A DNA stretch of 64,000 nt from Eledone cirrhosa (Eukaryota): NCBI GenBank assembly GCA_964016885.1, contig OZ024743.1:142910001-142974000 (forward strand). The letters run 5' to 3'. Both the position numbers and the translations under genes were made by a program. Below are positions 33,845 through 46,031 of this stretch, in pieces; the stretch's first letter is position 1, and each line of letters starts with the position of its first letter. The notes beneath the pieces are model-generated. The model was not told the origin of the DNA, searched no databases, and saw only the letters and a list, made by a program, of their open reading frames with translations.

Positions 33845-36800
33845 GTGCTTGGTGTTTGGTGTTTGGTGCTTGGTGTTTTGTTTTTGCTCTTTGGTGATTT
33901 GGGCTTGGTGTTTGGTGTTTGGTGCTTGGTGCTTGCTGCTTGGTGCTTGGTGCTTGGTGCCTGGTGTTTGGTGTTTGGTGTTTGGTGCTTGGTGCTTGGT
34001 ACTTTGTGTTTTTGCTTGGTGCTTGGTGATTGGTGCTTGGTGCCTGGTGTTTGGTGTTTGGTGTTTGGTGTGTGGTACTTGGTGCTTGGTGTTTGGTGCT
34101 TGGTGCTTAGTGCTTGGTGTTTGGTGCTTGGTGCTTGGTTCTTGGTGTTCGGTGTTTGGTGATTGGTGCTTGGTGTTTGGTGCTTGGGGTTTGGTGCTTG
34201 GTGCTTGGTTCTTGGTGTTTGGTGTTTGGTGATTGGTGCTTGGTGTTTGGTGCTTGGGGTTTGGTGCTTGGTGCTTGGTGATTGGTGTTTGGTGCTTGGT
34301 GCTTGGTGTTTGGTGTTTGGTGCTTGGAGCTTGGTGTTTGGTGTTTGGTGCTTGGTGCTTGGTGCTTGCTGTTTGGTGTTTGGTGCTTGGAGCCTGGTGT
34401 TTGGTGTTTGGTGCTTGGTGCTTTGTTCTGGGTGCTTGGTGCTTGGTGTTTGGTGTTTGGTGCTGGGTGCTTGGTGTTTGGTGCTTGGGGCTTGGTGATT
34501 GGTGTTTGGTGCTTGGTGCTTGGTGCTTGGTGCTTCGTGCTTGGTGTTTGGTGCTTGGTGTTTGGTGCTTGGTGCTTGGTGCTAGGTGTTTGGTGTTTGA
34601 TGTTTGGCGCTTGGTGTTTGGTGTTTGGTACTTGGTGCTTGGTGTTTGGTGTTTGGTGCTTGGTGCTTGGTGTTTGGTGTTTGGTGCTTGGCGCTTGGTG
34701 TTTGGCGTTTGCTGTTTGGTGTTTGGTGTTTGGTGTTTGCTGTTTGGTGTTTGCTGTTTGGTGTTTGCTGTTTGGTGTTTGCTGTTTGGTGCTTGGTGTT
34801 TGGTGATTGGTGCATGGTGCTTGGTGCTTGGTGCTTGGTGTTTGGTGCTCGGTGCTTGGTGTTTGGTGCTTGGGGCTTGGTGCTTGGTGTTTGGTGCTTG
34901 GTGTTTGGTGTTTGTTGCTTGGTGCTTGGTGTTTGGTGTTTGGTGCTTGGTGTTTGCTGTTTGGTGCTTGGTGCTTGGTGTTTGGTGCTTGGTGCTTGGT
35001 GCTTGGTGCTTGGTGTTTGGTGCTTGGTGATTGGTGCTTGGTGTTTGGTGTTTGGTGCCTGGTGTTTGGTGCTTGGAGCTTGGTGCTTGGTTTTTGGTGC
35101 TTGGTGTTTGGTGTTTGGTGTTTGGTGCTTGGTGCTTGATGCTTGGTGCTTGGTGCTTGGTGTTTGGTGTTTAGTGCTTGGTGCTTGGTATTTGGTGTGT
35201 GGTGCTTGGTGCTTGGTGTTTGGTGTTTGGTGCTTGGTGCTTGGTGTTTGGTGTTTGGTGCTTGGTGCTTGGTGTTTGGTGATTGGTGCTTGGTACTTGG
35301 TGTTTGGTGCTCGGTGCTTGGTGCTTGGTGTTTCGTGCTTGGTGCTTGGTGTTTGGTCTTTGGCGATTGGTGCTTGGTGTTTGGTGCTTGGTACTTGGTG
35401 TTCGGTGTTTGGCGTTTGGTGTTTGGTGCTTGGTGCTTGGTGCTTGGTTTTTGGTGTTTGGTGCTTGGTGCTTGGTGTTTGGTGTTTGGTGATTGGTGCT
35501 TGGTGTTTGGTGCTTGGGATTTGGTGCTTGGTGCTTGGTGTTTGGTGTTTGGAGTTTGGTACTTGGTGCTTGGTGTTTGGTGTTTGGTGCTTGGTGCTTG
35601 GTGTTTGGTGTTTAGTGCTTGGTGCTTGGTTCTTGGTGTTTGGTGCTTGGTGCTTGGTGATTGGTGTTTGGTGTTTGGTGCTTGGTGCTTGGTGTTTGGT
35701 GATTGGTGCTTGGTACTAGGTGTTTGGTGCTCGGTGCTTGGTGCTTGGTGTTTGGTGCTTGGTGCTTGGTTCTGAGTGCTTGGTGCTTGGTGTTTGGTGT
35801 TTGGTGCTTGGTGTTTGGTGTTTGGTGCTTGGGGCTTGGTGATTGGTGTTTGGTGCTTGGTGTTTGGTGCTTGGTGCTTGGTGCTAGGTGTTTGGTGTTT
35901 GGTGCTTGGCGCTTGGTGCTTGGTGTTTGGTGATTGGTGCTTGGTGTTTGGTGTTTGGTGCTTGGTGCTTGGTGTTTGGTGTTTGGTGCTTGGCGCTTGA
36001 TGTTTGGTGTTTGGTGCTTGGCGTTTGCTGTTTGGCGTTTGGGGTTTGGCATTTGCTGTTTGGCGTATGGGCTTTGGCATTTGCTTTTTGGCGTTTGCTG
36101 TTTGGTGTTTGGTGCTTGGTGTTTGGTGTTTGGTACTTGGTGCTTGGTGTTTGTTGTTTGGTGCTTGGTGCTTGGTGCTTGGTGTTTGGTGTTTGGTGCT
36201 TGGCGCTTGGTTTTTGGCGTTTGGCGCTTGCTGTCTGGCGTTTGGGGTTTGGCATTTGCTGTTTGGCGTTTGGGGTTTGGCGTTTGCTTCTTGGCGTTTG
36301 CTATTTGGTGTTTGTTGTTTGGTGTTTGCTGTTTGGTGTTTGCTGTTTGGTGTTTGCTGTTTGGTGTTTGGTGTTTGGTGTTTGCTGTTTGGTGTTTGCT
36401 GTTTGGTGCTTGGTGCTTGGTGTTTGGTGCATGGTGCTTGGTGCTTGGTGCTTGGTGTTTGGTGCTTGGTGCTTGGTGTTTGGTGCTTGGGGTTTGGTGC
36501 TTGGTGTTTGGTGCTTGGTATTTGGTGTTTGGTGCTTGGTGCTTGGTGTTTGGTGTTTGGTGCTTGGTGTTTGGTGCTTGGTGCTTGGTGCTTGGTGTTT
36601 GGTGCTTGGTGCTTGGTGCTTGGTGCTTGGTGCTTGGTGTTTGGTGCTTGGTGCTTGGTGCTTGGTGCTTGGTGCTTGGTGTTTGGTGCTTGTTGCTTGG
36701 TGCTTGGTGTTTGGTGTTTAGTGCTTGGTGCTTGGTGTTTGGTGTTTGGTGCTTGGTGCTTGGTGTTTGGTGTTTGGTGTTTGGTGCTTGGTGTTTGGTG

Positions 36801-39800
36801 TTTGGTGTTTGGTGTTTGCTGTTTGGTGATTCGTGATTGGTGTTTGATGTTTGGTGTTTGGTGTTGGGTGTTTGGTGCTTGGGGCTTCGTGTTTGCTCTT
36901 TGGTGCTTGGTGATTGGTGTTTGGTGTTGCGTGCTTGGTGCTTGGTGCTTGGTGCTTTGTGTTTGTTGCTTGGTGCTTGGTGCTTGGCGATTGGTGCTTG
37001 GTGCTTGGTGTTTGGTGTTTGGAGTTTGCTACTTGGTGCTTGGCGTTTGGTGTTTGGTGCTTGGTGCTTGGTGTTTGGTGTTTAGTGATTGGTTCTTGGT
37101 TCTTGGTGTTTGGTGCTTGGTGCTTGGTGATTGGTGTTTGGTGCTTGGTGCTTGGTATTTGGTGCTTGGTCTTTGGTGCTTGGTGTTTGGTGCTTGGTGC
37201 TTGGTGCTTGGTGTTTGGTGCTTGGTGCTTGGCGTTTAGTGCTTGGTGCTTGGTGATTGGTGCTTGTTGCTTGGTGCTTGGTGTTTGGTGCTTGGTGCTT
37301 GGTGTTTGGTGTTTGGTGTTTGCTGTTTGCTGTTTGGTGTTTGCTGTTTGGTGTTTGCTGTTTGGTGTTTGCTGTTTGGTGTTTGCTATTTGGTGTTTGG
37401 TGTTTGGTGTTTGCTGTTTGGTGTTTGGTGTTTGCTGTTTGGCGTTTGGTGTTTGGCGTTTGCTGTTTGGCATCTGGTGGTTGGCGTTTGCTGTTTGGCG
37501 TTTGTTGTTTGGTGTTTGTTGGTTGATGCTTGGTGTTTGCTGTTTGCTGTTTGTTTGGTGTTTGCTGTTTGGTGTTTGGTGTTTGGTGTTTGGTGTTTGC
37601 TGTTTGGTGTTTGGTGTTTGGTGTTTGCTGTTTGGTGTTTGGTGTTTACTGTTTGGTGTTTGGTGTTTGGTGTTTGGTGTTTGGTGTTTGGTGATTGGTG
37701 TTTGCTGTTTGGTGTTTGGTGCTTGGTGTTTGGTGTTTGGTGATTGGTGCTTGGTGTTTCGTGCTTGGTGCTCGGTGCTTGGTGTTTGGCGCTTGGTGCT
37801 TGGTGTTTGGTGTTTGGTGCTTGGTGTTTGGTGCTTGGTGCTTGGTGTTTTGTGCTTGGTGCTTGGTGCTTGGTGTTTGGTGTTTGGTGTTTGGTGTTTG
37901 CTGTTTGGTGTTTGCTGTTTGGTGTTCGCTGTTTGGTGTTTGGTGTTTGCTGTTTGGTGTTTGGTGTTTGCGGTTTGGTGTTTGCTATTTGGTGTTTGGT
38001 GTTTGGCGTTTGATGTTTGGCGTTTGTTGTTTGTTGTTTGCTATTTGGTGTTTGATGTTTGGTGCTTGGTGTTTGGTGTTTGGTGCTTGGTGTTTTGTTT
38101 TTGCTCTTTGGTGATTTGGGCTTGGTGTTTGGTGTTTGGTGCTTGGTGCTTGCTGCTTGGTGCTTGGTGCTTGGTGCCTGGTGTTTGGTGTTTGGTGTTT
38201 GGTGCTTGGTGCTTGGTACTTTGTGTTTTTGCTTGGTGCTTGGTGATTGGTGCTTGGTGCCTGGTGTTTGGTGTTTGGTGTTTGGTGCTTGGTGCTTGGT
38301 GTTTGGTGTGTGGTACTTGGTGCTTGGTGTTTGGTGCTTGGTGCTTGGTGCTTGGTGTTTGGTGCTTGGTGCTTGGTTCTTGGTGTTCGGTGTTTGGTGA
38401 TTGGTGCTTGGTGTTTGGTGCTTGGGGTTTGGTGCTTGGTGCTTGGTTCTTGGTGTTTGGTGTTTGGTGATTGGTGCTTGGTGTTTGGTGCTTGGGGTTT
38501 GGTGCTTGGTGCTTGGTGATTGGTGTTTGGTGCTTGGTGCTTGGTGTTTGGTGTTTGGTGCTTGGAGCTTGGTGTTTGGTGTTTGGTGCTTGGTGCTTGG
38601 TGTTTGCTGTTTGGTGTTTGGTGCTTGGAGCCTGGTGTTTGGTGTTTGGTGCTTGGTGCTTTGTTCTGGGTGCTTGGTGCTTGGTGTTTGGTGTTTGGTG
38701 CTGGGTGCTTGGTGTTTGGTGCTTGGTGTTTGGTGCTTGGTGCTTGGTGCTAGGTGTTTGGTGTTTGGTGTTTGGCGCTTGGTGTTTGGTGTTTGGTACT
38801 TGGTGCTTGGTGTTTGGTGTTTGGTGCTTGGTGCTTGGTGTTTGGTGTTTGGTGCTTGGCGCTTGGTGTTTGGTGTTTGGTGCTTGGCGTTTGCTGTTTA
38901 GCGTTTGGGGTTTGGCATTTGCTGTTTGGCGTTTGGGGTTTGGCGTTTGCTTTTTGGCGTTTGCTGTTTGGTGTTTGGTGTTTGGTGTTTGCTGTTTGGT
39001 GTTTGCTGTTTGGTGTTTGCTGTTTGGTGTTTGCTGTTTGGTGCTTGGTGTTTGGTGATTGGTGCATGGTGCTTGGTGCTTGGTGCTTGGTGTTTGGTGC
39101 TCGGTGCTTGGTGTTTGGTGCTTGGGGCTTGGTGCTTGGTGTTTGGTGCTTGGTGTTTGGTGTTTGTTGCTTGGTGCTTGGTGTTTGGTGTTTGGTGCTT
39201 GGTGTTTGCTGTTTGGTGCTTGGTGCTTGGTGTTTGGTGCTTGGTGCTTGGTGCTTGGTGCTTGGTGTTTGGTGCTTGGTGATTGGTGCTTGGTGTTTGG
39301 TGTTTGGTGCTTGGTGTTTGGTGCTTGGAGCTTGGTGCTTGGTTTTTGGTGCTTGGTGTTTGGTGTTTGGTGCTTGGTGCTTGATGCTTGGTGCTTGGTG
39401 CTTGGTGTTTGGTGTTTAGTGCTTGGTGCTTGGTATTTGGTGTGTGGTGCTTGGTGCTTGGTGTTTGGTGTTTGGTGCTTGGTGCTTGGTGTTTGGTGTT
39501 TGGTGCTTGGTGCTTGGTGTTTGGTGATTGGTGCTTGGTACTTGGTGTTTGGTGCTCGGTGCTTGGTGCTTGGTGTTTCGTGCTTGGTGCTTGGTGTTTG
39601 GTCTTTGGCGATTGGTGCTTGGTGTTTGGTGCTTGGTACTTGGTGTTCGGTGTTTGGCGTTTGGTGTTTGGTGCTTGGTGCTTGGTGCTTGGTTTTTGGT
39701 GTTTGGTGCTTGGTGCTTGGTGTTTGGTGTTTGGTGATTGGTGCTTGGTGTTTGGTGCTTGGGATTTGGTGCTTGGTGCTTGGTGTTTGGTGTTTGGAGT

Positions 39801-42400
39801 TTGGTACTTGGTGCTTGGTGTTTGGTGTTTGGTGCTTGGTGCTTGGTGTTTGGTGTTTAGTGCTTGGTGCTTGGTTCTTGGTGTTTGGTGCTTGGTGCTT
39901 GGTGATTGGTGTTTGGTGTTTGGTGCTTGGTGCTTGGTGTTTGGTGATTGGTGCTTGGTACTAGGTGTTTGGTGCTCGGTGCTTGGTGCTTGGTGTTTGG
40001 TGCTTGGTGCTTGGTTCTGGGTGCTTGGTGCTTGGTGTTTGGTGTTTGGTGCTTGGTGTTTGGTGTTTGGTGCTTGGGGCTTGGTGATTGGTGTTTGGTG
40101 CTTGGTGTTTGGTGCTTGGTGCTTGGTGCTAGGTGTTTGGTGTTTGGTGCTTGGCGCTTGGTGCTTGGTGTTTGGTGATTGGTGCTTGGTGTTTGGTGTT
40201 TGGTGCTTGGTGCTTGGTGTTTGGTGTTTGGTGCTTGGCGCTTGATGTTTGGTGTTTGGTGCTTGGCGTTTGCTGTTTGGCGTTTGGGGTTTGGCATTTG
40301 CTGTTTGGCGTATGGGCTTTGGCATTTGCTTTTTGGCGTTTGCTGTTTGGTGTTTGGTGCTTGGTGTTTGGTGTTTGGTACTTGGTGCTTGGTGTTTGGT
40401 GTTTGGTGCTTGGTGCTTGGTGCTTGGTGTTTGGTGTTTGGTGCTTGGCGCTTGGTTTTTGGCGTTTGGCGCTTGCTGTCTGGCGTTTGGGGTTTGGCAT
40501 TTGCTGTTTGGCGTTTGGGGTTTGGCGTTTGCTTCTTGGCGTTTGCTATTTGGTGTTTGTTGTTTGGTGTTTGCTGTTTGGTGTTTGCTGTTTGGTGTTT
40601 GCTGTTTGGTGTTTGGTGTTTGGTGTTTGCTGTTTGGTGTTTGCTGTTTGGTGCTTGGTGCTTGGTGTTTGGTGCATGGTGCTTGGTGCTTGGTGCTTGG
40701 TGTTTGGTGCTTGGTGCTTGGTGTTTGGTGCTTGGGGTTTGGTGCTTGGTGTTTGGTGCTTGGTATTTGGTGTTTGGTGCTTGGTGCTTGGTGTTTGGTG
40801 TTTGGTGCTTGGTGTTTGGTGCTTGGTGCTTGGTGCTTGGTGTTTGGTGCTTGGTGCTTGGTGCTTGGTGCTTGGTGCTTGGTGTTTGGTGCTTGGTGCT
40901 TGGTGCTTGGTGCTTGGTGCTTGGTGTTTGGTGCTTGTTGCTTGGTGCTTGGTGTTTGGTGTTTAGTGCTTGGTGCTTGGTGTTTGGTGTTTGGTGCTTG
41001 GTGCTTGGTGTTTGGTGTTTGGTGTTTGGTGCTTGGTGTTTGGTGTTTGGTGTTTGGTGTTTGCTGTTTGGTGATTCGTGATTGGTGTTTGATGTTTGGT
41101 GTTTGGTGTTGGGTGTTTGGTGCTTGGGGCTTCGTGTTTGCTCTTTGGTGCTTGGTGATTGGTGTTTGGTGTTGCGTGCTTGGTGCTTGGTGCTTGGTGC
41201 TTTGTGTTTGTTGCTTGGTGCTTGGTGCTTGGCGATTGGTGCTTGGTGCTTGGTGTTTGATGTGTGGTGCTTGGTGTTTGGTGCTTGGGATTTGGTGCTT
41301 GGTGCTTGGTGTTTGGTGTTTGGAGTTTGCTACTTGGTGCTTGGCGTTTGTGTTTGGTGCTTGGTGCTTGGTGTTTGGTGTTTAGTGATTGGTTCTTGGT
41401 TCTTGGTGTTTGGTGCTTGGTGCTTGGTGATTGGTGTTTGGTGCTTGGTGCTTGGTATTTGGTGCTTGGTCTTTGGTGCTTGGTGTTTGGTGCTTGGTGC
41501 TTGGTGCTTGGTGTTTGGTGCTTGGTGCTTGGCGTTTAGTGCTTGGTGCTTGGTGATTGGTGCTTGTTGCTTGGTGCTTGGTGTTTGGTGCTTGGTGCTT
41601 GGTGTTTGGTGTTTGGTGTTTGCTGTTTGCTGTTTGGTGTTTGCTGTTTGGTGTTTGCTGTTTGGTGTTTGCTGTTTGGTGTTTGCTATTTGGTGTTTGG
41701 TGTTTGGTGTTTGCTGTTTGGTGTTTGGTGTTTGCTGTTTGGCGTTTGGTGTTTGGCGTTTGCTGTTTGGCATCTGGTGGTTGGCGTTTGCTGTTTGGCG
41801 TTTGTTGTTTGGTGTTTGTTGGTTGATGCTTGGTGTTTGCTGTTTGCTGTTTGTTTGGTGTTTGCTGTTTGGTGTTTGGTGTTTGGTGTTTGGTGTTTGC
41901 TGTTTGGTGTTTGGTGTTTGGTGTTTGCTGTTTGGTGTTTGGTGTTTACTGTTTGGTGTTTGGTGTTTGGTGTTTGGTGTTTGGTGTTTGGTGTTTGGTG
42001 ATTGGTGTTTGGTGTTTGGTGTTTGGTGTTTGGTGATTGGTGTTTGCTGTTTGGTGTTTGGTGCTTGGTGTTTGGTGTTTGGTGATTGGTGCTTGCTGTT
42101 TCGTGCTTGGTGCTCGGTGCTTGGTGTTTGGCGCTTGGTGCTTGGTGTTTGGTGTTTGGTGCTTGGTGTTTGGTGCTTGGTGCTTGGTGTTTTGTGCTTG
42201 GTGCTTGGTGCTTGGTGTTTGGTGTTTGGTGTTTGGTGTTTGCTGTTTGGTGTTTGCTGTTTGGTGTTCGCTGTTTGGTGTTTGGTGTTTGCTGTCTGGT
42301 GTTTGGTGTTTGCGGTTTGGTGTTTGCTATTTGGTGTTTGGTGTTTGGCGTTTGATGTTTGGCGTTTGTTGTTTGTTGTTTGCTATTTGGTGTTTGATGT
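33845..42400. repeat. ~4.25 kb tandem duplication (about 33845-38060 and 38060-42400)
   Basis: There is a constant 4245 offset over about 1.7 kb of ORF twins (35143/39388, 35283/39528, 35888/40133, 36837/41082). Shared private variants include GGTACTA, GGCGATT, TATGGGCTTT, GCTTCTT and GTTGCGTG. Confidence 0.92.
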
Positions 42401-44960
42401 TTGGTGTTTGGTGTTTGGTGTTTGCTGTTTGATATTTGGTGATTGGTGTTTGATGTTTGGTGTTTGGTGCTTGGTGCTTGGTGCTTGGTGCTTAGTGTTT
42501 TATGTTTAGCGCTTGGTGCTTGGTGTTTTGTGCTTGGTGCTTGGTGCTTGGTGTTTGGAGTTTGGTGCTTGGTGTTTGGTGTTTGGTGTTTGTTGCTTGC
42601 TGTTTGCTGTTTGGTGTTTGCTGTTTGGTGTTCGCTGTTTGGTGTTTGGTGTTTGCTGTTTGGTGTTTGGTGTTTGCGGTTTGGTGTTTGCTATTTGGTG
42701 TTTGGTGTTTGGCGTTTGATGTTTGGCGTTTGTTGTTTGTTGTTTGCTGTTTGGTGTTTGATGTTTGGTGTTTGGTGTTTGGTGTTTGCTGTTTGATGTT
42801 TGGTGATTGGTGTTTGATGTTTGGTGTTTGGTGCTTGGTGCTTGGTGTTTGGTGCTTGGGGTTTGGTGCTTGGTGTTTGGTGCTTGGTATTTGGTGTTTG
42901 GTGCTTGGTGCTTGGTGTTTGGTGTTTGGTGCTTGGTGTTTGGTGCTTGGTGCTTGGTGCTTGGTGTTTGGTGCTTGGTGCTTGGTGCTTGGTGCTTGGT
43001 GCTTGGTGTTTGGTGCTTGGTGCTTGGTGCTTGGTGCTTGGTGCTTGGTGTTTGGTGCTTGTTGCTTGGTGCTTGGTGTTTGGTGTTTAGTGCTTGGTGC
43101 TTGGTGTTTGGTGTTTGGTGCTTGGTGCTTGGTGTTTGGTGTTTGGTGTTTGGTGCTTGGTGTTTGGTGTTTGGTGTTTGGTGTTTACTGTTTGGTGATT
43201 CGTGATTGGTGTTTGATGTTTGGTGTTTGGTGTTGGGTGTTTGGTGCTTGGGGCTTCGTGTTTGCTCTTTGGTGCTTGGTGATTGGTGTTTGGTGTTGCG
43301 TGCTTGGTGCTTGGTGCTTGGTGCTTTGTGTTTGTTGCTTGGTGCTTGGTGCTTGGCGATTGGTGCTTGGTGCTTGGTGTTTGATGTGTGGTGCTTGGTG
43401 TTTGGTGCTTGGGATTTGGTGCTTGGTGCTTGGTGTTTGGTGTTTGGAGTTTGCTACTTGGTGCTTGGCGTTTGTGTTTGGTGCTTGGTGCTTGGTGTTT
43501 GGTGTTTAGTGATTGGTTCTTGGTTCTTGGTGTTTGGTGCTTGGTGCTTGGTGATTGGTGTTTGGTGCTTGGTGCTTGGTATTTGGTGCTTGGTCTTTGG
43601 TGCTTGGTGTTTGGTGCTTGGTGCTTGGTGCTTGGTGTTTGGTGCTTGGTGCTTGGCGTTTAGTGCTTGGTGCTTGGTGATTGGTGCTTGTTGCTTGGTG
43701 CTTGGTGTTTGGTGCTTGGTGCTTGGTGTTTGGTGTTTGGTGTTTGCTGTTTGCTGTTTGGTGTTTGCTGTTTGGTGTTTGCTGTTTGGTGTTTGCTGTT
43801 TGGTGTTTGCTATTTGGTGTTTGGTGTTTGGTGTTTGCTGTTTGGTGTTTGGTGTTTGCTGTTTGGCGTTTGGTGTTTGGCGTTTGCTGTTTGGCATCTG
43901 GTGGTTGGCGTTTGCTGTTTGGCGTTTGTTGTTTGGTGTTTGTTGGTTGATGCTTGGTGTTTGCTGTTTGCTGTTTGTTTGGTGTTTGCTGTTTGGTGTT
44001 TGGTGTTTGGTGTTTGGTGTTTGCTGTTTGGTGTTTGGTGTTTGGTGTTTGCTGTTTGGTGTTTGGTGTTTACTGTTTGGTGTTTGGTGTTTGGTGTTTG
44101 GTGTTTGGTGTTTGGTGTTTGGTGATTGGTGTTTGGTGTTTGGTGTTTGGTGTTTGGTGATTGGTGTTTGCTGTTTGGTGTTTGGTGCTTGGTGTTTGGT
44201 GTTTGGTGATTGGTGCTTGGTGTTTCGTGCTTGGTGCTCGGTGCTTGGTGTTTGGCGCTTGGTGCTTGGTGTTTGGTGTTTGGTGCTTGGTGTTTGGTGC
44301 TTGGTGCTTGGTGTTTTGTGCTTGGTGCTTGGTGCTTGGTGTTTGGTGTTTGGTGTTTGGTGTTTGCTGTTTGGTGTTTGCTGTTTGGTGTTCGCTGTTT
44401 GGTGTTTGGTGTTTGCTGTTTGGTGTTTGGTGTTTGCGGTTTGGTGTTTGCTATTTGGTGTTTGGTGTTTGGCGTTTGATGTTTGGCGTTTGTTGTTTGT
44501 TGTTTGCTATTTGGTGTTTGATGTTTGGTGTTTGGTGTTTGGTGTTTGCTGTTTGATATTTGGTGATTGGTGTTTGATGTTTGGTGTTTGGTGCTTGGTG
44601 CTTGGTGCTTGGTGCTTAGTGTTTTATGTTTAGCGCTTGGTGCTTGGTGTTTTGTGCTTGGTGCTTGGTGCTTGGTGTTTGGAGTTTGGTGCTTGGTGTT
44701 TGGTGTTTGGTGTTTGTTGCTTGCTGTTTGCTGTTTGGTGTTTGCTGTTTGGTGTTCGCTGTTTGGTGTTTGGTGTTTGCTGTTTGGTGTTTGGTGTTTG
44801 CGGTTTGGTGTTTGCTATTTGGTGTTTGGTATTTGGCGTTTGATGTTTGGCGTTTGTTGTTTGTTGTTTGCTGTTTGGTGTTTGATGTTTGGTGTTTGGT
44901 GTTTGGTGTTTGCTGTTTGATGTTTGGTGATTGGTGTTTGATGTTTGGTGTTTGGTGCTT
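40710..44960. repeat. 2124-bp near-perfect tandem duplication
   Basis: The 2124 offset is constant: GGGGTTT at 40734/42858, CATCT at 41771/43895, ORF twins 41082/43206, 41543/43667 and 42443/44567. Confidence 0.95.
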
Positions 44961-46020
44961 GGTGCTTGGTGTTTTGTGCTTGGTGTTTGGTGCTTGGGGT
45001 TTGGTGCTTGGTGCTTGGTGATTGGTGTTTGGTGCTTGGTGCTTGGTGTTTGGTGTTTGGTGCTTGGAGCTTGGTGTTTGGTGTTTGGTGCTTGGTGCTT
45101 GGTGTTTGGTGCTTGGTGCTTGGTGTTGGTGTTTGGTGCTTGGTGCTTGGTGCTTGGTGCTTGGTGTTTGGTGTTTGCTGTTTGCTCTTTGGTGTTTTGT
45201 GTTTGATGTTTGGAGTTTGCCCTTTGGTGTTTGCTATTTGGTGTTTGGTGTTTGCTGTTTGGTGTTTGCTGTTTGGTGTTTGGTGTTTGGTGTTTGCTGT
45301 TTGGTGTTTGCTCTTTGGTGCTTTGTGCTTGGTCTTTGGTTTTTGGTGCTTGGTGCTTGGTGTTTGGTGCTTTGTGCCTGGTGTTTGGTGTTTGGTGTTT
45401 GGTCCTTGGTGCTTGGTGCTTGGTGTCTGGTGCTTGGTGCTTGGTGTTTGGTATTTGGTGCTTGGTGCTTGGTGTTTGGTGTTTGGTGTTTGGTGCTTGG
45501 TGCTTGGTACTTGGTGTTTTGTGTTTGGTGCTTGGTGCTTGGTGCTTGGTGCTTGGTGTTTGGTGCTTGGTGCTTGATGCTTGGTGCATGATTCTTGGTG
45601 TTTGGTGTTTAGTGCTTGGTGCTTGGTATTTGGTGTTTGGTGCTTGGTTCTTGGTGTTTGGTGTTTGGTGCTTGGTGCTCGGTGTTTGGTGTTTGGTGTT
45701 TGGTGCTTGGTGCTTGGTGTTTGGTGATTGGTGCTTGGTACTTGGTGTTTGGTGCTCGGTGCTTGGTGCTTGGTGTTTCGTGCTTGGTGCTTGGTGTTTG
45801 GTCTTTGGCGCTTGGTGCTTGGTGTTTGGTGCTTGGTGTTTGGCGTTTGATGTTTGGCGTTTGTTGTTTGTTGTTTGCTGTTTGGTGTTTGATGTTTGGT
45901 GTTTGGTGTTTGGTGTTTGCTGTTTGATGTTTGGTGATTGCTGTTTGATGTTTGGTGTTTGGTGCTTGGTGCTTGGTGTTTTGTGCTTGGTGTTTGGTGC
46001 TTGGGGTTTGGTGCTTGGTG

Positions 46021-46031
46021 TTTTTTTTTTT
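46021..46031 (+). repeat. T11 homopolymer, copy 2 of 3
   Basis: Same length and flanks as the run at 31216. Confidence 0.9.
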
